Positions 1-9,300 of a stretch of DNA of 38,928 nt are shown here, piece by piece. The DNA lies in contig CAZHTQ010000001.1 of NCBI GenBank assembly GCA_964535375.1, positions 1 through 38,928 of the forward strand, written 5' to 3'. The first letter of the stretch is position 1; every line of letters begins with the position of its first letter. The notes under the pieces were generated by a model, which made no database searches, was not told where the DNA came from, and saw only the letters and a list, made by a program, of their open reading frames with translations. The stretch is from an uncultured Candidatus Saccharibacteria bacterium (GTDB lineage Bacteria > Patescibacteriota > Saccharimonadia > Saccharimonadales > Saccharimonadaceae). The translations under genes were made by a program, and so were the position numbers.

Positions 1-58
1 GGCGGAGAATTTTTGGAACAAAGTGGTGATTGTGTGTGGTGGAGGGTATACCCTGAAA

Positions 59-784
59 ATGGAAGACAAGGTGGCTGAGACTAAGCAAATTCGCGATATT
101 TCGGGCAAGCGAATGGATCGCAGGAATCGTCGCGATCGCGTGAAGGCTGATGTAGCGCCTAAAGAATTTGACGAAATCACCATCGCGGTAGATCGCGTGT
201 CGCGTACCGTGGCTGGTGGTCGCCGCATGCGGTTTAAAGCGCTCGTAGCGATTGGTAACCACAAGAATAAGGTGGGGATTGGTGTAGCCAAAGGTAACGA
301 TGTGACAACTGCAGTAAGTAAGGCTACTCGCAAAGCTAAGAAATCAATGATTACATTTAGTATGGATGGCGAAACTATTTGCCATGAAACCCGCACCAAG
401 ATTACCGGTGCAGATGTACTGATGAAACCAGCAGCGCCAGGTACTGGTATTATCGCTGGTGGTACAGTACGTTCGATCATGGGCCTTACTGGTGTAAAGA
501 ACTTGATTTCGAAGTCGCTCGGTAGTACTAATAAGGTGAATATCGCCTATGCGGTGATTGAAGGGCTTCGCTCGCAAGTGCCGCGCAGTGAGTGGATTTC
601 GAACGCAGATCGCAAGGCTGAGCTTAAGGCTGCTGAGGAAAAAGCAGAGAAAGCCGCCAAGGCAGAAGCTGCTCGTGCCATCATGAAAGAGATGGACGCG
701 AAGAAGCCAGTTCGTAAGACTGCGAAGGCCACCGATGCTAAGCCAGCCGCCAAGAAGGCTGCTCCGAAGAAGGAGGATAAGTAA
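59..784 (+). CDS. rpsE: 30S ribosomal protein S5 with Ala/Lys-rich C-terminal tail
   Basis: Motifs VDRVSRTVAGGRRMRFKALVAIGN, KPAAPGTGIIAGG and SKSLGSTN. Start is uncertain: ATG 59 follows GGAGGG, but the frame is open back to the window edge. Confidence 0.95.
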   Translation: MEDKVAETKQIRDISGKRMDRRNRRDRVKADVAPKEFDEITIAVDRVSRTVAGGRRMRFKALVAIGNHKNKVGIGVAKGNDVTTAVSKATRKAKKSMITFSMDGETICHETRTKITGADVLMKPAAPGTGIIAGGTVRSIMGLTGVKNLISKSLGSTNKVNIAYAVIEGLRSQVPRSEWISNADRKAELKAAEEKAEKAAKAEAARAIMKEMDAKKPVRKTAKATDAKPAAKKAAPKKEDK

Positions 785-1251
785 TGAAATACAATGATTT
801 GGTAGTTGAGAAGAATACTCGCCCTGCGCGTAAGGGTCGTGGTATTTCGGCTGGTCAGGGTAAAACTGCTGGCCGTGGTACTAAGGGCCAAAAAGCTCGT
901 ACAGGGCATCGCAAGATGCCGGCCGGCTTTATGGGCGGTCAGCGTGCGATTATGCAGGCTGTACCAAAGCTCAAAGGTTTTAAGAGTTTTCACGCTAAGG
1001 CTGAGGTAGTGTATACCGATCGCCTAAACGACCTAAGCGGTAAGGTTGATAACATTGCGCTGGCGGATGCGGCATTAATATCTAGCCCATACGTAAAGGT
1101 TAAAGTAATCACCCGCGGTGAACTTACGGCAAAAATCGATCTAGAAACGCAGTTTGCTTCAAAAACTGCCGTCGAAGCGATTAAAAAGGCCGGTGGAAGT
1201 TTTAAGAAGGTCGCGATTCTTCAAAAACCCGCAAAAGAAGCTGAAAAATAG
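784..1251 (+). CDS. rplO: 50S ribosomal protein L15
   Basis: RKGRGISAGQGKTAGRGTKGQKAR and GFMGGQ motifs; C-terminal ASKTAVEAIKKAGG. Confidence 0.97.
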   Translation: MKYNDLVVEKNTRPARKGRGISAGQGKTAGRGTKGQKARTGHRKMPAGFMGGQRAIMQAVPKLKGFKSFHAKAEVVYTDRLNDLSGKVDNIALADAALISSPYVKVKVITRGELTAKIDLETQFASKTAVEAIKKAGGSFKKVAILQKPAKEAEK

Positions 1252-1260
1252 CTTAAAATA

Positions 1261-1293
1261 ACAAAAATCCCCCGTGTCCTGGGGGATTTTTGT
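1261..1293 (+). terminator. Intrinsic terminator after rplO
   Basis: ACAAAAATCCCCC-gtgtcct-GGGGGATTTTTGT, a 13-bp inverted repeat with T tract. Confidence 0.75.
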
Positions 1294-1323
1294 GCTATAA
1301 TGGATAGAATAAACGGAGTGTAT

Positions 1324-2037
1324 ATGGAAGAAAAAGAGTTGAAAACAAGTGTGAAGCAGCGAATTGGGATTATTGCGATAGCAGTAATTATGCTAGGGTC
1401 GATAATAGCCGGGTATGCAGCCATTGTGATAAATGGCAATAAGAAGGCAGATGTAGCGAGCGATGGTTCAATTACAGATGAAAAATTACTGAAATACGAA
1501 ACAGAATATACCGATAAGTTGATGGAATTTCAGGCAGCCACAGCGAGCGATTATGATAAGTATGCGAATTATCTTGGACAAATTGCTGCTTACGATGAAA
1601 CGGCAGCGAATGACGGCGGGATTACTACTGTGGACATGACGATAGGTGACGGGCGTGAGCTTACTAATGGTGATACGAATTATCTAGCTTACTATGCTGG
1701 ATGGTGTGCAGATGGCACGGTTTTTGATTCGTCGCTAGATGACGCAGTAAAACCAACAGCGTTTGCGAAAGCTCTCAATGCTTCGCTCGGAATGATTGAC
1801 GGGTGGAACACTGGAGTAGTAGGCATGAAACTCGGTGGGGTGCGCGTGATTACGATACCTGGCGAGCAGGCATATGGCGACAAAATGGAAATTTGTGGTG
1901 GTTATAACAAACCGCTCAAATTCTTGGTGATGGCAGTGGCAAATGAAGACCCGCTCAAGACTTTGGCAAATCAACTAGACACGGCGTATCTCAAAGTACA
2001 ATACGGACGTTATGGGATCGATTACGAAAGTCTGTAA
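1324..2037 (+). CDS. Membrane-anchored FKBP-type peptidyl-prolyl isomerase
   Basis: N-terminal TM helix; YAGWCADGTVFDSS and MIDGWNTGVVGMKLGGVRVITIPGEQAYG FKBP motifs. ATG 1324 preferred (GGAG upstream, TGCTATAAT at 1293-1301). Confidence 0.85.
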   Translation: MEEKELKTSVKQRIGIIAIAVIMLGSIIAGYAAIVINGNKKADVASDGSITDEKLLKYETEYTDKLMEFQAATASDYDKYANYLGQIAAYDETAANDGGITTVDMTIGDGRELTNGDTNYLAYYAGWCADGTVFDSSLDDAVKPTAFAKALNASLGMIDGWNTGVVGMKLGGVRVITIPGEQAYGDKMEICGGYNKPLKFLVMAVANEDPLKTLANQLDTAYLKVQYGRYGIDYESL

Positions 2038-2089
2038 AAAGTTGCAAAAAACACTTGCATTTTGAAAATGGTAGTGGTATCATAGAAAT

Positions 2090-2755
2090 ATGAAGGTAAA
2101 ACAAACAATAGTAACAACAGGTATGGTGGTCGGGAGTTTGGCTATGGTTGGGGGGTTTGTTGCGAGCGGGGAGTTTTACAATGGGGCTTACGCTAATGTA
2201 AGTTATCAAGACGAGGTGGAAGTAGACTTTACGTTTACGCCATCGATGGGGGTGTCTTTTACGGAGGGGGATTTAAATATAGGTGAGGTGGTGCCGGGGA
2301 GTGCGAGAACTTCGGCAATGACCGTGACCGTGAGTACTAATAGCTTTTATGGCTACACTTTGCAAGCGACCGTGGGCAATGAAAGTACCTACAATACATC
2401 TTCGCTTGTAAATGCCGAGGCAAATAATGCAGCGATTGAAATCATGACTACAACTGGAGCCTTGCCAACGAGCGGGTCGACAAGTCGCTGGGGGTACAAG
2501 AGTGGTACTGCTAATGATGTGGACCAGTATTCGGCTTTGCCGCTTTATAGTACTACTGGCGTAACGCTTAACAAGACTACCGACATGAGTGGCACTGCTG
2601 CTAGTGGATATACCGGCACCAATGCAACTCAGTTTGAAATTGGTGCATATGTAGGTGATAGCCAGGTGGCGGGTGACTACAAGAACGTAGTTAACTTTAC
2701 TGCTACAGCCAATGTAGATACTACGAGTCAAGATAATCAGCAAGCAAATCCATAA
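2090..2755 (+). CDS. Secreted beta-rich protein (WxL-like / fibre-subunit-like), paralogue of the DGR target N-terminal domain
   Basis: Signal peptide; motifs TVSTNSFYGYTL, SRWGY and QVAGDYKNVVNFTATAN resemble segments of 22225-23016 and 31732-33120. Promoter TTGCAT-17-TATCAT at 2055-2083. Confidence 0.6.
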   Translation: MKVKQTIVTTGMVVGSLAMVGGFVASGEFYNGAYANVSYQDEVEVDFTFTPSMGVSFTEGDLNIGEVVPGSARTSAMTVTVSTNSFYGYTLQATVGNESTYNTSSLVNAEANNAAIEIMTTTGALPTSGSTSRWGYKSGTANDVDQYSALPLYSTTGVTLNKTTDMSGTAASGYTGTNATQFEIGAYVGDSQVAGDYKNVVNFTATANVDTTSQDNQQANP

Positions 2756-2774
2756 TTATATAAAGTTTTACCTT

Positions 2775-2800
2775 AACTACCACCTGCGGGTGGTAGTTTC
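2775..2800 (+). terminator. Intrinsic terminator
   Basis: AACTACCACC-tgcg-GGTGGTAGTT followed by T-rich sequence. Confidence 0.65.
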
Positions 2801-2818
2801 TTGTGTTATAATAGCTAT

Positions 2819-4138
2819 ATGAATAAGACGTTTTTCTTTTACGATCTTGAAACGAGCGGGCTTAAACAGCGCGAGGATCGCATTATGCAATTTGCGGGGC
2901 AGCGTACTGACATGGAGTTAAATCCGATAGGCGAACCGGTAAATATTCTGGTGAAAATGACGGAAGATGCGCTGCCTAGCCCGTGGGCGATTGCGGTGAC
3001 TAAAATCACGCCGCAGCAAACTTTGGCGGATGGAATAATCGAGCCAGAGTTTTGTCGGGTGGCGACGGAAGAGATTTTTGTGCCGGGGACGGTGGCGGTG
3101 GGATACAATACGGTGCGGTTTGATGATGAATTTATGCGGGCGACATTGTGGCGGAATTTTTATGATCCGTATGAGTGGGAATGGAAGGATGAGCGTAGTC
3201 GCTGGGACATGCTAGACGTGGTGCGGCTCACGAGAGTACTCCGGCCAGAGGGGATAGAATGGCCATATACGGACGATGGTAAGCCGACTAATCGTTTGGA
3301 ATTGTTGACAAAACTTAATGGGTTGGAGCATAAACACGCGCATGATGCATTGTCGGACGTGTATGCGACGATTGCGGTGGCAAAAATGATTCGTGAAAAA
3401 CAGCCGGACCTTTTCAACTATTTATTTAAGATGCGAGATAAGCGCGCGGTAATGAAACTAGTGAATCTTGAAAATCCGCAGCCTTTCGTATATGCGAGTG
3501 GGAGATACTTAGCGGAGCACAATAAAACTACGGTGGCGTTTCCGCTGGCGCCGGGTAGGAACGGTAATGTGCTAGTGTATGATTTGAGATATAGTAACTC
3601 TCTAGAATACCCGATCGTGAAGGAGCTGTGCTATAATAAATGCCCGGCGGTAGCACCAATGGCGGTACTTGACAAAGATGATGGTTGGGCGAAGATCGGA
3701 ATGTCTCGCGAAGGTGTTGAACGGAATTTGGCGGCGCTACTTAAGCATCCAGAATTTGCCGAGCAGGTCAGGACGGAATACGAAAATCGTCCGGAGTTTC
3801 CACCGGCGGTTGAACCGGAGCAAGCTTTGTATGACGGGTTTCTTGGCAATACTGATAGAATAAAAGTGGCGGCAGTGCGTAATGCGGACGTAACGCGGCT
3901 GGCAGATTTTCATCCGGATTTTGCCGACGCTAGGCTGTCAGAACTATTGCTGCACTACAAAGGGCGGAATTATCCAGAGACTTTAAGCGAGACCGAAATG
4001 CAAAAGTGGGAAGATTATCGGCGGGAGCGGCTTGCACGGCAGGCGGCGAAATTTATGGCAGAGCTACCCAAGGTGTATGCGAAGGACGCGTTTGTGGGCG
4101 AAGAATTGAAGTTGTATTTCGAATCGCTTATGCTATAA
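2819..4138 (+). CDS. sbcB: Exodeoxyribonuclease I
   Basis: DEDDh motifs FYDLETSG, GYNTVRFDDEF and HAHDALSDVYAT, plus RPEGIEWP. ATG 2819 lies 6 nt after TGTTATAAT. Confidence 0.93.
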   Translation: MNKTFFFYDLETSGLKQREDRIMQFAGQRTDMELNPIGEPVNILVKMTEDALPSPWAIAVTKITPQQTLADGIIEPEFCRVATEEIFVPGTVAVGYNTVRFDDEFMRATLWRNFYDPYEWEWKDERSRWDMLDVVRLTRVLRPEGIEWPYTDDGKPTNRLELLTKLNGLEHKHAHDALSDVYATIAVAKMIREKQPDLFNYLFKMRDKRAVMKLVNLENPQPFVYASGRYLAEHNKTTVAFPLAPGRNGNVLVYDLRYSNSLEYPIVKELCYNKCPAVAPMAVLDKDDGWAKIGMSREGVERNLAALLKHPEFAEQVRTEYENRPEFPPAVEPEQALYDGFLGNTDRIKVAAVRNADVTRLADFHPDFADARLSELLLHYKGRNYPETLSETEMQKWEDYRRERLARQAAKFMAELPKVYAKDAFVGEELKLYFESLML

Positions 4139-4146
4139 TAATATAT

Positions 4147-5061
4147 ATGGATAATAATAAAATCATGATTGTGGGTACTGGCAATGTGGGGGCGAGTATT
4201 GCTTTTGCACTCATGAATCAACGTACTGCGGTAAATGAGGTGATTTTGACAGACATCATCGCGAAAGATGCCGAGGGCGAGGCGATGGACCTTGCAGACG
4301 CGCTAGCGGTGGCGCCAAGTTATGTAAAAGTACGTAATGGTACGTATAAAGATGCGCATGACTGTGACGTGGTGGTGATTACGGCTGGGGCAGCACAAAA
4401 ACCCGGCGAAACTAGATTGCACCTACTTCGTAAAAACGTGAATATCTTGCAGGGCATGATAGAACAGATAATGGCTAGCGGATTTAATGGGATATTTTTG
4501 GTGATTACTAATCCGATGGATGTGCTGACGTATTATACGTGGAAGTTTTCGGGGTTGCCGGCCGAGAAAGTGATAGGATCTGGTACGGTGCTTGATTCGG
4601 CGAGGCTCAGGACGAGGATCGCGTCGTATCTCAATGTGAATCCTAAATCTGTGCATGCGTATCAGGTCGGGGAACATGGCGACTCGGAAGTATCTTTGTG
4701 GTCACTCGCAGATATGGGTGGCATGAAGATATCCGATATGCTTTCCAGTGACGTGATGCAAGATATTTCGGAATTTGTGCGACACGAAGCGTATGATATT
4801 ATAGAGAAAAAAGGTGCGACTTACTATGGCATTGCGATGTGTGTGGTGCAAATATTAAATTCGATATTGAACGACGAGATGCGTGTACTATCGGTTTCGT
4901 CGTACGATAATTTTTCGGGAACGTCGTTTGGCTGGCCAAGCGTGGTGGGGCGAGAAGGTGTAGTACGGCGGCTTGACGTAAAAATATCTGAGCAAGAAGG
5001 AATAGAGTTACAAAAATCGATTAATGTTTTAAGGGATGCTATAAATAAAGTGAAACTGTGA
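4147..5061 (+). CDS. ldh: L-lactate dehydrogenase
   Basis: GTGNVG Rossmann motif, AGAAQKPGETRL substrate loop (Gln, LDH-type), NPMD, GTVLDSAR, GEHGDS and KGATYYGIA. Confidence 0.9.
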   Translation: MDNNKIMIVGTGNVGASIAFALMNQRTAVNEVILTDIIAKDAEGEAMDLADALAVAPSYVKVRNGTYKDAHDCDVVVITAGAAQKPGETRLHLLRKNVNILQGMIEQIMASGFNGIFLVITNPMDVLTYYTWKFSGLPAEKVIGSGTVLDSARLRTRIASYLNVNPKSVHAYQVGEHGDSEVSLWSLADMGGMKISDMLSSDVMQDISEFVRHEAYDIIEKKGATYYGIAMCVVQILNSILNDEMRVLSVSSYDNFSGTSFGWPSVVGREGVVRRLDVKISEQEGIELQKSINVLRDAINKVKL

Positions 5062-5073
5062 TATAATGAAGAT

Positions 5074-6960
5074 ATGAGGAAAATAGGTCTATCTTTATAT
5101 TATAGCACACTTTTCATTATTTGTCAATGTCTGGCGGCTTTTGTGGGAGCAGCTGGTGCGAATGCGGCGGGAGTAAATGATTTTTATTTTGATGATTTTA
5201 CGGGGGATTATTATTTGACGAAGGATGCGGAGGGGGTGAGCCATCTAAAGGTGAAGGAAAGTGTGACGGCGGTATTTCCGGAGTATAAGCAAAACAAGGG
5301 GATTTGCCGACAGATACCGTTTACAAACCAGGGTGGCGAGAATATTACCTTGCCGAGTCTCACGCGGGCGAATTTGACTGTGACCAGAAATGGAGCAGCT
5401 GAGCCAATTTACAGTATTGAAAAGAGCGGTAATTTTTATAATGTATGTACCGGTACGGAAGAATACGTGTTGGGGCGGCAGACTTATACTTTTGAATATG
5501 AGTTTGAAAAGGTAGTGACGCAATTTGATGGGTACCAAGAATTGTACTGGGATACCAATGGTAATGGTGCAACTCAGAAGTTTAATTCAGTAACGGCGCG
5601 GGTGCATTTTGCAAAAGATGTGGCGGCGGCATATAGTGGCAAAACGTGGTGTTATGTGGGGGCGTATGGTGAGAGCGGGCAAGATAGATGTGAGATTAGT
5701 AAACTTGACGATGGTGTGCAGTACACGGCGGAGAATTTGAAGGCCTATGAAAATTTGACCTTTGACGTGGAACTAAAAGACGGTAGCTTTGTGGTGCCGG
5801 CGCCGGCCAAGGACTATACATTGGTATGGATAATGGTGGGGGCTGGCATACTGCTTGTAGTGTTAATTGTGGCGTTTCCGTTAAGATCATATTTGAAGAC
5901 AAAGGAAAAAAGAGAGTATTACAAGCGGTATTTTGTAAAGCCTGAATATCAGCCGGCGCGGGAGTATACGGTAGCGGAAATGGCGGAAGTGTACCTGGGT
6001 AAGAAAAAAGAGCCTAAGGTAGCGGTGATGCTAGATATGATCGTGAAAAAGCAGCTTGAAATAATTAAAACTGGTGACTCAAAACGTAATGGGTGGAAGG
6101 TGAAAGTGCTGTCGCTTGCTGATATGAGCGATGAGGGGTTGACATTGCTTACGATACTTAATAACGGCGTAACGCCAGAGCTTAATGATGAGATAGAAAT
6201 TAAAACGCGTACGGCAACTAGTAGGCTGGTGAATCTTGCGGCGCAGTATGAGAAAGATTTGAATGCAGCGCTGGTGAAGGATGGGCTGTTTGAGTCCGGC
6301 AAGAAAGGCTTACTAAGCAGCGGTAGTGCAACCATTGTGGCGATAATGATTGCGGTGGTGTTTATGATAGTGGTGATACCAAATGTGTTGAGTGAGGCCA
6401 GCAATATTGTGAGCGACGTAGTGAGCCAAAACCATATGGTGGGGAACCGAGTGTTTGTTCCGGTGATGATGGGGATGGTAGTGGTGGCGATGATAGTGTG
6501 GTCGGTACTAAGCAGACAGTCGAAACGCTATGCAGTGAGGACGATGAAGGGACTAGAGATGTCACGTTATATGGATGGGCTGGAACTATATATAAGGATG
6601 GCAGAGGCGGATAGATTGAAGTTTATGCAGAGCGTAAATGGGGCCGACACTTCGCCTACTGGGATTGTGCATTTGTACGAGAAGTTACTTCCTTACGCGG
6701 CGTTACTCGGGCTAGAGGAAAGTTGGATGAAAGAGCTTGAAAAATACTATAAACTAGACGAAAGATTGGAGCCGGATTGGTATCATAGGGGGATTAGGAT
6801 GCATGATATGTATTACATGTCGACTTTGGCGTCAAATACGGTGCGCACATCTACGACGATGGTATCGAGCGGTGGGTCATCTTCGTCGAGTTTCTCTGGT
6901 GGTGGAGGTGGAGGATTCTCCGGCGGTGGCGGCGGAGGAGGGGGATTTTCGGGACGCTAA
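5074..6960 (+). CDS. DUF2207-family membrane protein
   Basis: Signal peptide, ELYWDTNG, three TM segments, LYEKLLPYAALLG and Gly-rich tail GGGGGFSGGGGGGGG. Confidence 0.85.
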   Translation: MRKIGLSLYYSTLFIICQCLAAFVGAAGANAAGVNDFYFDDFTGDYYLTKDAEGVSHLKVKESVTAVFPEYKQNKGICRQIPFTNQGGENITLPSLTRANLTVTRNGAAEPIYSIEKSGNFYNVCTGTEEYVLGRQTYTFEYEFEKVVTQFDGYQELYWDTNGNGATQKFNSVTARVHFAKDVAAAYSGKTWCYVGAYGESGQDRCEISKLDDGVQYTAENLKAYENLTFDVELKDGSFVVPAPAKDYTLVWIMVGAGILLVVLIVAFPLRSYLKTKEKREYYKRYFVKPEYQPAREYTVAEMAEVYLGKKKEPKVAVMLDMIVKKQLEIIKTGDSKRNGWKVKVLSLADMSDEGLTLLTILNNGVTPELNDEIEIKTRTATSRLVNLAAQYEKDLNAALVKDGLFESGKKGLLSSGSATIVAIMIAVVFMIVVIPNVLSEASNIVSDVVSQNHMVGNRVFVPVMMGMVVVAMIVWSVLSRQSKRYAVRTMKGLEMSRYMDGLELYIRMAEADRLKFMQSVNGADTSPTGIVHLYEKLLPYAALLGLEESWMKELEKYYKLDERLEPDWYHRGIRMHDMYYMSTLASNTVRTSTTMVSSGGSSSSSFSGGGGGGFSGGGGGGGGFSGR

Positions 6961-7012
6961 CTACTCAAACTCTTTTCCGGAGGAAAAGAGTTTGGCAGAA
7001 AAGGCCAGTGTG

Positions 7013-7047
7013 AGGCATGAAACGGAAGTGAATTCCGTTTCATGCCT
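7013..7047. repeat. REP-like palindrome, copy 1 (core AAGTGAATTCCGTT)
   Basis: AGGCATGAAACGGAA-gtgaa-TTCCGTTTCATGCCT, a perfect 15-bp stem; another hairpin precedes it at 6966-6994. Confidence 0.65.
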
Positions 7048-7107
7048 GGTTTTATATTGGGATTTATGTTATAATATATAGTAGTAGAGTAATATAAAGG
7101 AACTCAA

Positions 7108-7791
7108 ATGGATCCAAACAACAACACAATACCAACAGCGCCGGAGATGCCGGAAATGCCGGAGGCGCCAGTAATAATGCCTTCGTCGGATACTTCAACT
7201 ATGCAGGTACCCGAAATTCCGACGATGACGATGCCAACTATACCAGTAGCACCGACGGAACCAGCAGCGCCGATGGGGCCAGTTACATCGGCAGAGCCAA
7301 TTACACCAATGGAACCGATTGCGACGATGGAATTCGCCAATCCGGTGCAGCCCGCGGCTCCAGCGGCACCAGTGTTTAATCCAGCTACGATGGCGACGCC
7401 GGCAGTAGGAACTAGTCTTAGTGCGACCGATCCGCTGACTATGCCTGAGGGGCCAAAAGCGCCAGACCCAATTGAAGAAGAGCTCAAAATGCCGCTTAAG
7501 GCTGCAGGGCCGGTACCTGGTTCTATCGGCAGCTCAGTTTCTATGACGGCTGACGGCCAAATTGAAGCCACGCAAAAGTCCAATAATCCATTTGCCAATC
7601 TTGGTGCAAAGAAGGATACACCGAGCGTAGCATTTAACGATCCAGCGATGCAAACTGCTTCGCCGATGGCGACACCTGCGGCTAAGCCCGCCAAGAAAAA
7701 GAGCAGCAAAACATCCATGATTTTGATAGGCGTGCTGGGTGCGATGATAATTATTGCACTGGTAGTGGTGCTTGTAATGCAGATGAAATAA
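7108..7791 (+). CDS. Pro/Met/Thr-rich low-complexity protein with C-terminal TM anchor
   Basis: AAAGGAA before the ATG, upstream TGTTATAAT, basic patch KKKSSK followed by a hydrophobic C-terminus, downstream terminator. Confidence 0.75.
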   Translation: MDPNNNTIPTAPEMPEMPEAPVIMPSSDTSTMQVPEIPTMTMPTIPVAPTEPAAPMGPVTSAEPITPMEPIATMEFANPVQPAAPAAPVFNPATMATPAVGTSLSATDPLTMPEGPKAPDPIEEELKMPLKAAGPVPGSIGSSVSMTADGQIEATQKSNNPFANLGAKKDTPSVAFNDPAMQTASPMATPAAKPAKKKSSKTSMILIGVLGAMIIIALVVVLVMQMK

Positions 7792-7792
7792 T

Positions 7793-7829
7793 CAAAAAAG
7801 CAACCTGGCACGTGCAGGTTGCTTTTTTG
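7793..7829 (+). terminator. Intrinsic terminator
   Basis: CAAAAAAGCAACCTG-gcacgtg-CAGGTTGCTTTTTTG. Confidence 0.75.
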
Positions 7830-7853
7830 GGTAAAGTATTGTAGAATATATTT

Positions 7854-9269
7854 ATGGAAAATATTTATCTGACTACGGCAATTCCTTATGTAAATGGTGC
7901 ACCGCATATTGGGCATGCGATGGATTATTGTTTGGCGGACGTGTGTGCACGGTACAATAAAATGCGGGGAAATAATGTGCGCTTGCAGGCAGGGACGGAC
8001 GAACATGGCAATAAGATTTTTCAAAAAGCTAAAGAGCTGGGCATTCCGACGGCGGAGTACGTAAAAGAAAACTCGGATAAATTCAAGGAGTTTATTCATG
8101 CACTAGGTGTGGAATATACGGATTTTGTGCGTACGACAGATGCGGATCACGAACATCGGGTGCAAGAAATATGGAGAAAACTATCAAACCATATATATAT
8201 GAACAAATATGAAGGGTGGTATTGTTCAGGATGTGAAAGGTTTGTGACCGACAAAGAGTGTGAAGAAAACCACGGGGTGTGTCCCGATCATCAAAAACCA
8301 TATGAAAAACTGGCAGAGGAAAATTATTATTTTAGAATTGCAGATTTCAAAGATCAAATTATTAAAGCGATAGAAACCGATGAAATGCGGATTTTGCCGG
8401 AGTTTCGCAAAAAAGAGATACTGAAGCTAATTGAAGATTCTCCGGATGTGTCGGTGTCACGACCAACGTCACAGCTGACCTGGGGAGTGCCGGTACCGGA
8501 TGACGACACGCAGGTAATGTATGTATGGGTAGACGCATTGTCTAATTATATTACGGTGCTTGGCTATCCAGATAAAGACATTAGTGAGTGGTGGCCAGCG
8601 ACGGCGCAGTTCGTGGGCAAAGATATCTTGAGATTTCATGCGATTATTTGGCCGGCGATGCTACTGGGGCTAGGGTTGCCATTACCCAAGACAATAACGA
8701 CGCACGGATTTATTCTGGCCGATGGACAAAAAATGTCAAAGTCAATCGGTAATGTAGTAGACCCAATGGACGTAATAAAAAAGCACGGTATCGATGCGTT
8801 CCGCTATTATTTCCTCAGACATGCGGATACTTTTGCGGATGCGGATTTTACCTGGGATAAGTTTGAAGAAGCATACAATAATGAACTTGCTAACGATCTT
8901 GGTAATTTGGTACAGCGACTAGCTACGCTGGCTAAGAAAAATAGTTTTACATTGCAAAAAGAAGTGCATACAGAATTGCCGGAAGAATATATGGTATTTA
9001 TGGACAGTTACGAGTATTCAAAAGCCTTTGACTTTGCGTGGGGAGCGGTACAGGCGCTCAATCGTCAAATAGATGAAGAAAAGCCCTGGATGCTGGCAAA
9101 AAATGGCGAAATAGAAAAGCTGAACGCATGTCTAGAAAATTTGGTATGCGGTATGCTCGGGGCCAATGAAATGCTAAGACCTTTCTTGCCGGGTACTACG
9201 GAGAAAATCGCGGCGATATTTACGAATCCGATAGAACCGCCAAGAGAGCCACTGTTTCCCAAGCAATAA
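7854..9269 (+). CDS. metG: Methionine--tRNA ligase (short form without C-terminal tRNA-binding domain)
   Basis: YLTTAIPYVNGAPHIGH, GTDEHG, CxxC knuckle, GKDILRFH and KMSKS. Confidence 0.97.
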   Translation: MENIYLTTAIPYVNGAPHIGHAMDYCLADVCARYNKMRGNNVRLQAGTDEHGNKIFQKAKELGIPTAEYVKENSDKFKEFIHALGVEYTDFVRTTDADHEHRVQEIWRKLSNHIYMNKYEGWYCSGCERFVTDKECEENHGVCPDHQKPYEKLAEENYYFRIADFKDQIIKAIETDEMRILPEFRKKEILKLIEDSPDVSVSRPTSQLTWGVPVPDDDTQVMYVWVDALSNYITVLGYPDKDISEWWPATAQFVGKDILRFHAIIWPAMLLGLGLPLPKTITTHGFILADGQKMSKSIGNVVDPMDVIKKHGIDAFRYYFLRHADTFADADFTWDKFEEAYNNELANDLGNLVQRLATLAKKNSFTLQKEVHTELPEEYMVFMDSYEYSKAFDFAWGAVQALNRQIDEEKPWMLAKNGEIEKLNACLENLVCGMLGANEMLRPFLPGTTEKIAAIFTNPIEPPREPLFPKQ

Positions 9270-9300
9270 AAAATAACCCCATAACGGGGTTATTTTTTAT
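9266..9300. terminator. Bidirectional terminator between convergent metG and MIP genes
   Basis: ATAAAAAATAACCCC-ataac-GGGGTTATTTTTTAT. Confidence 0.8.

Noticed and set aside
23-58. N-terminal extension or fusion of S5 (frame open to the window edge)
   Set aside because: Cannot be judged without upstream sequence; ATG 59 with an upstream GGAGGG is the simpler start.
4006-4146. N-terminal extension of ldh in the ORF track
   Set aside because: Overlaps sbcB; LDH homology begins at ATG 4147, just after a TGCTATAAT box.
7104-8099. 331-aa minus-strand ORF
   Set aside because: Antisense shadow of the Pro-rich gene and metG, which have the promoter, RBS and terminator signals.
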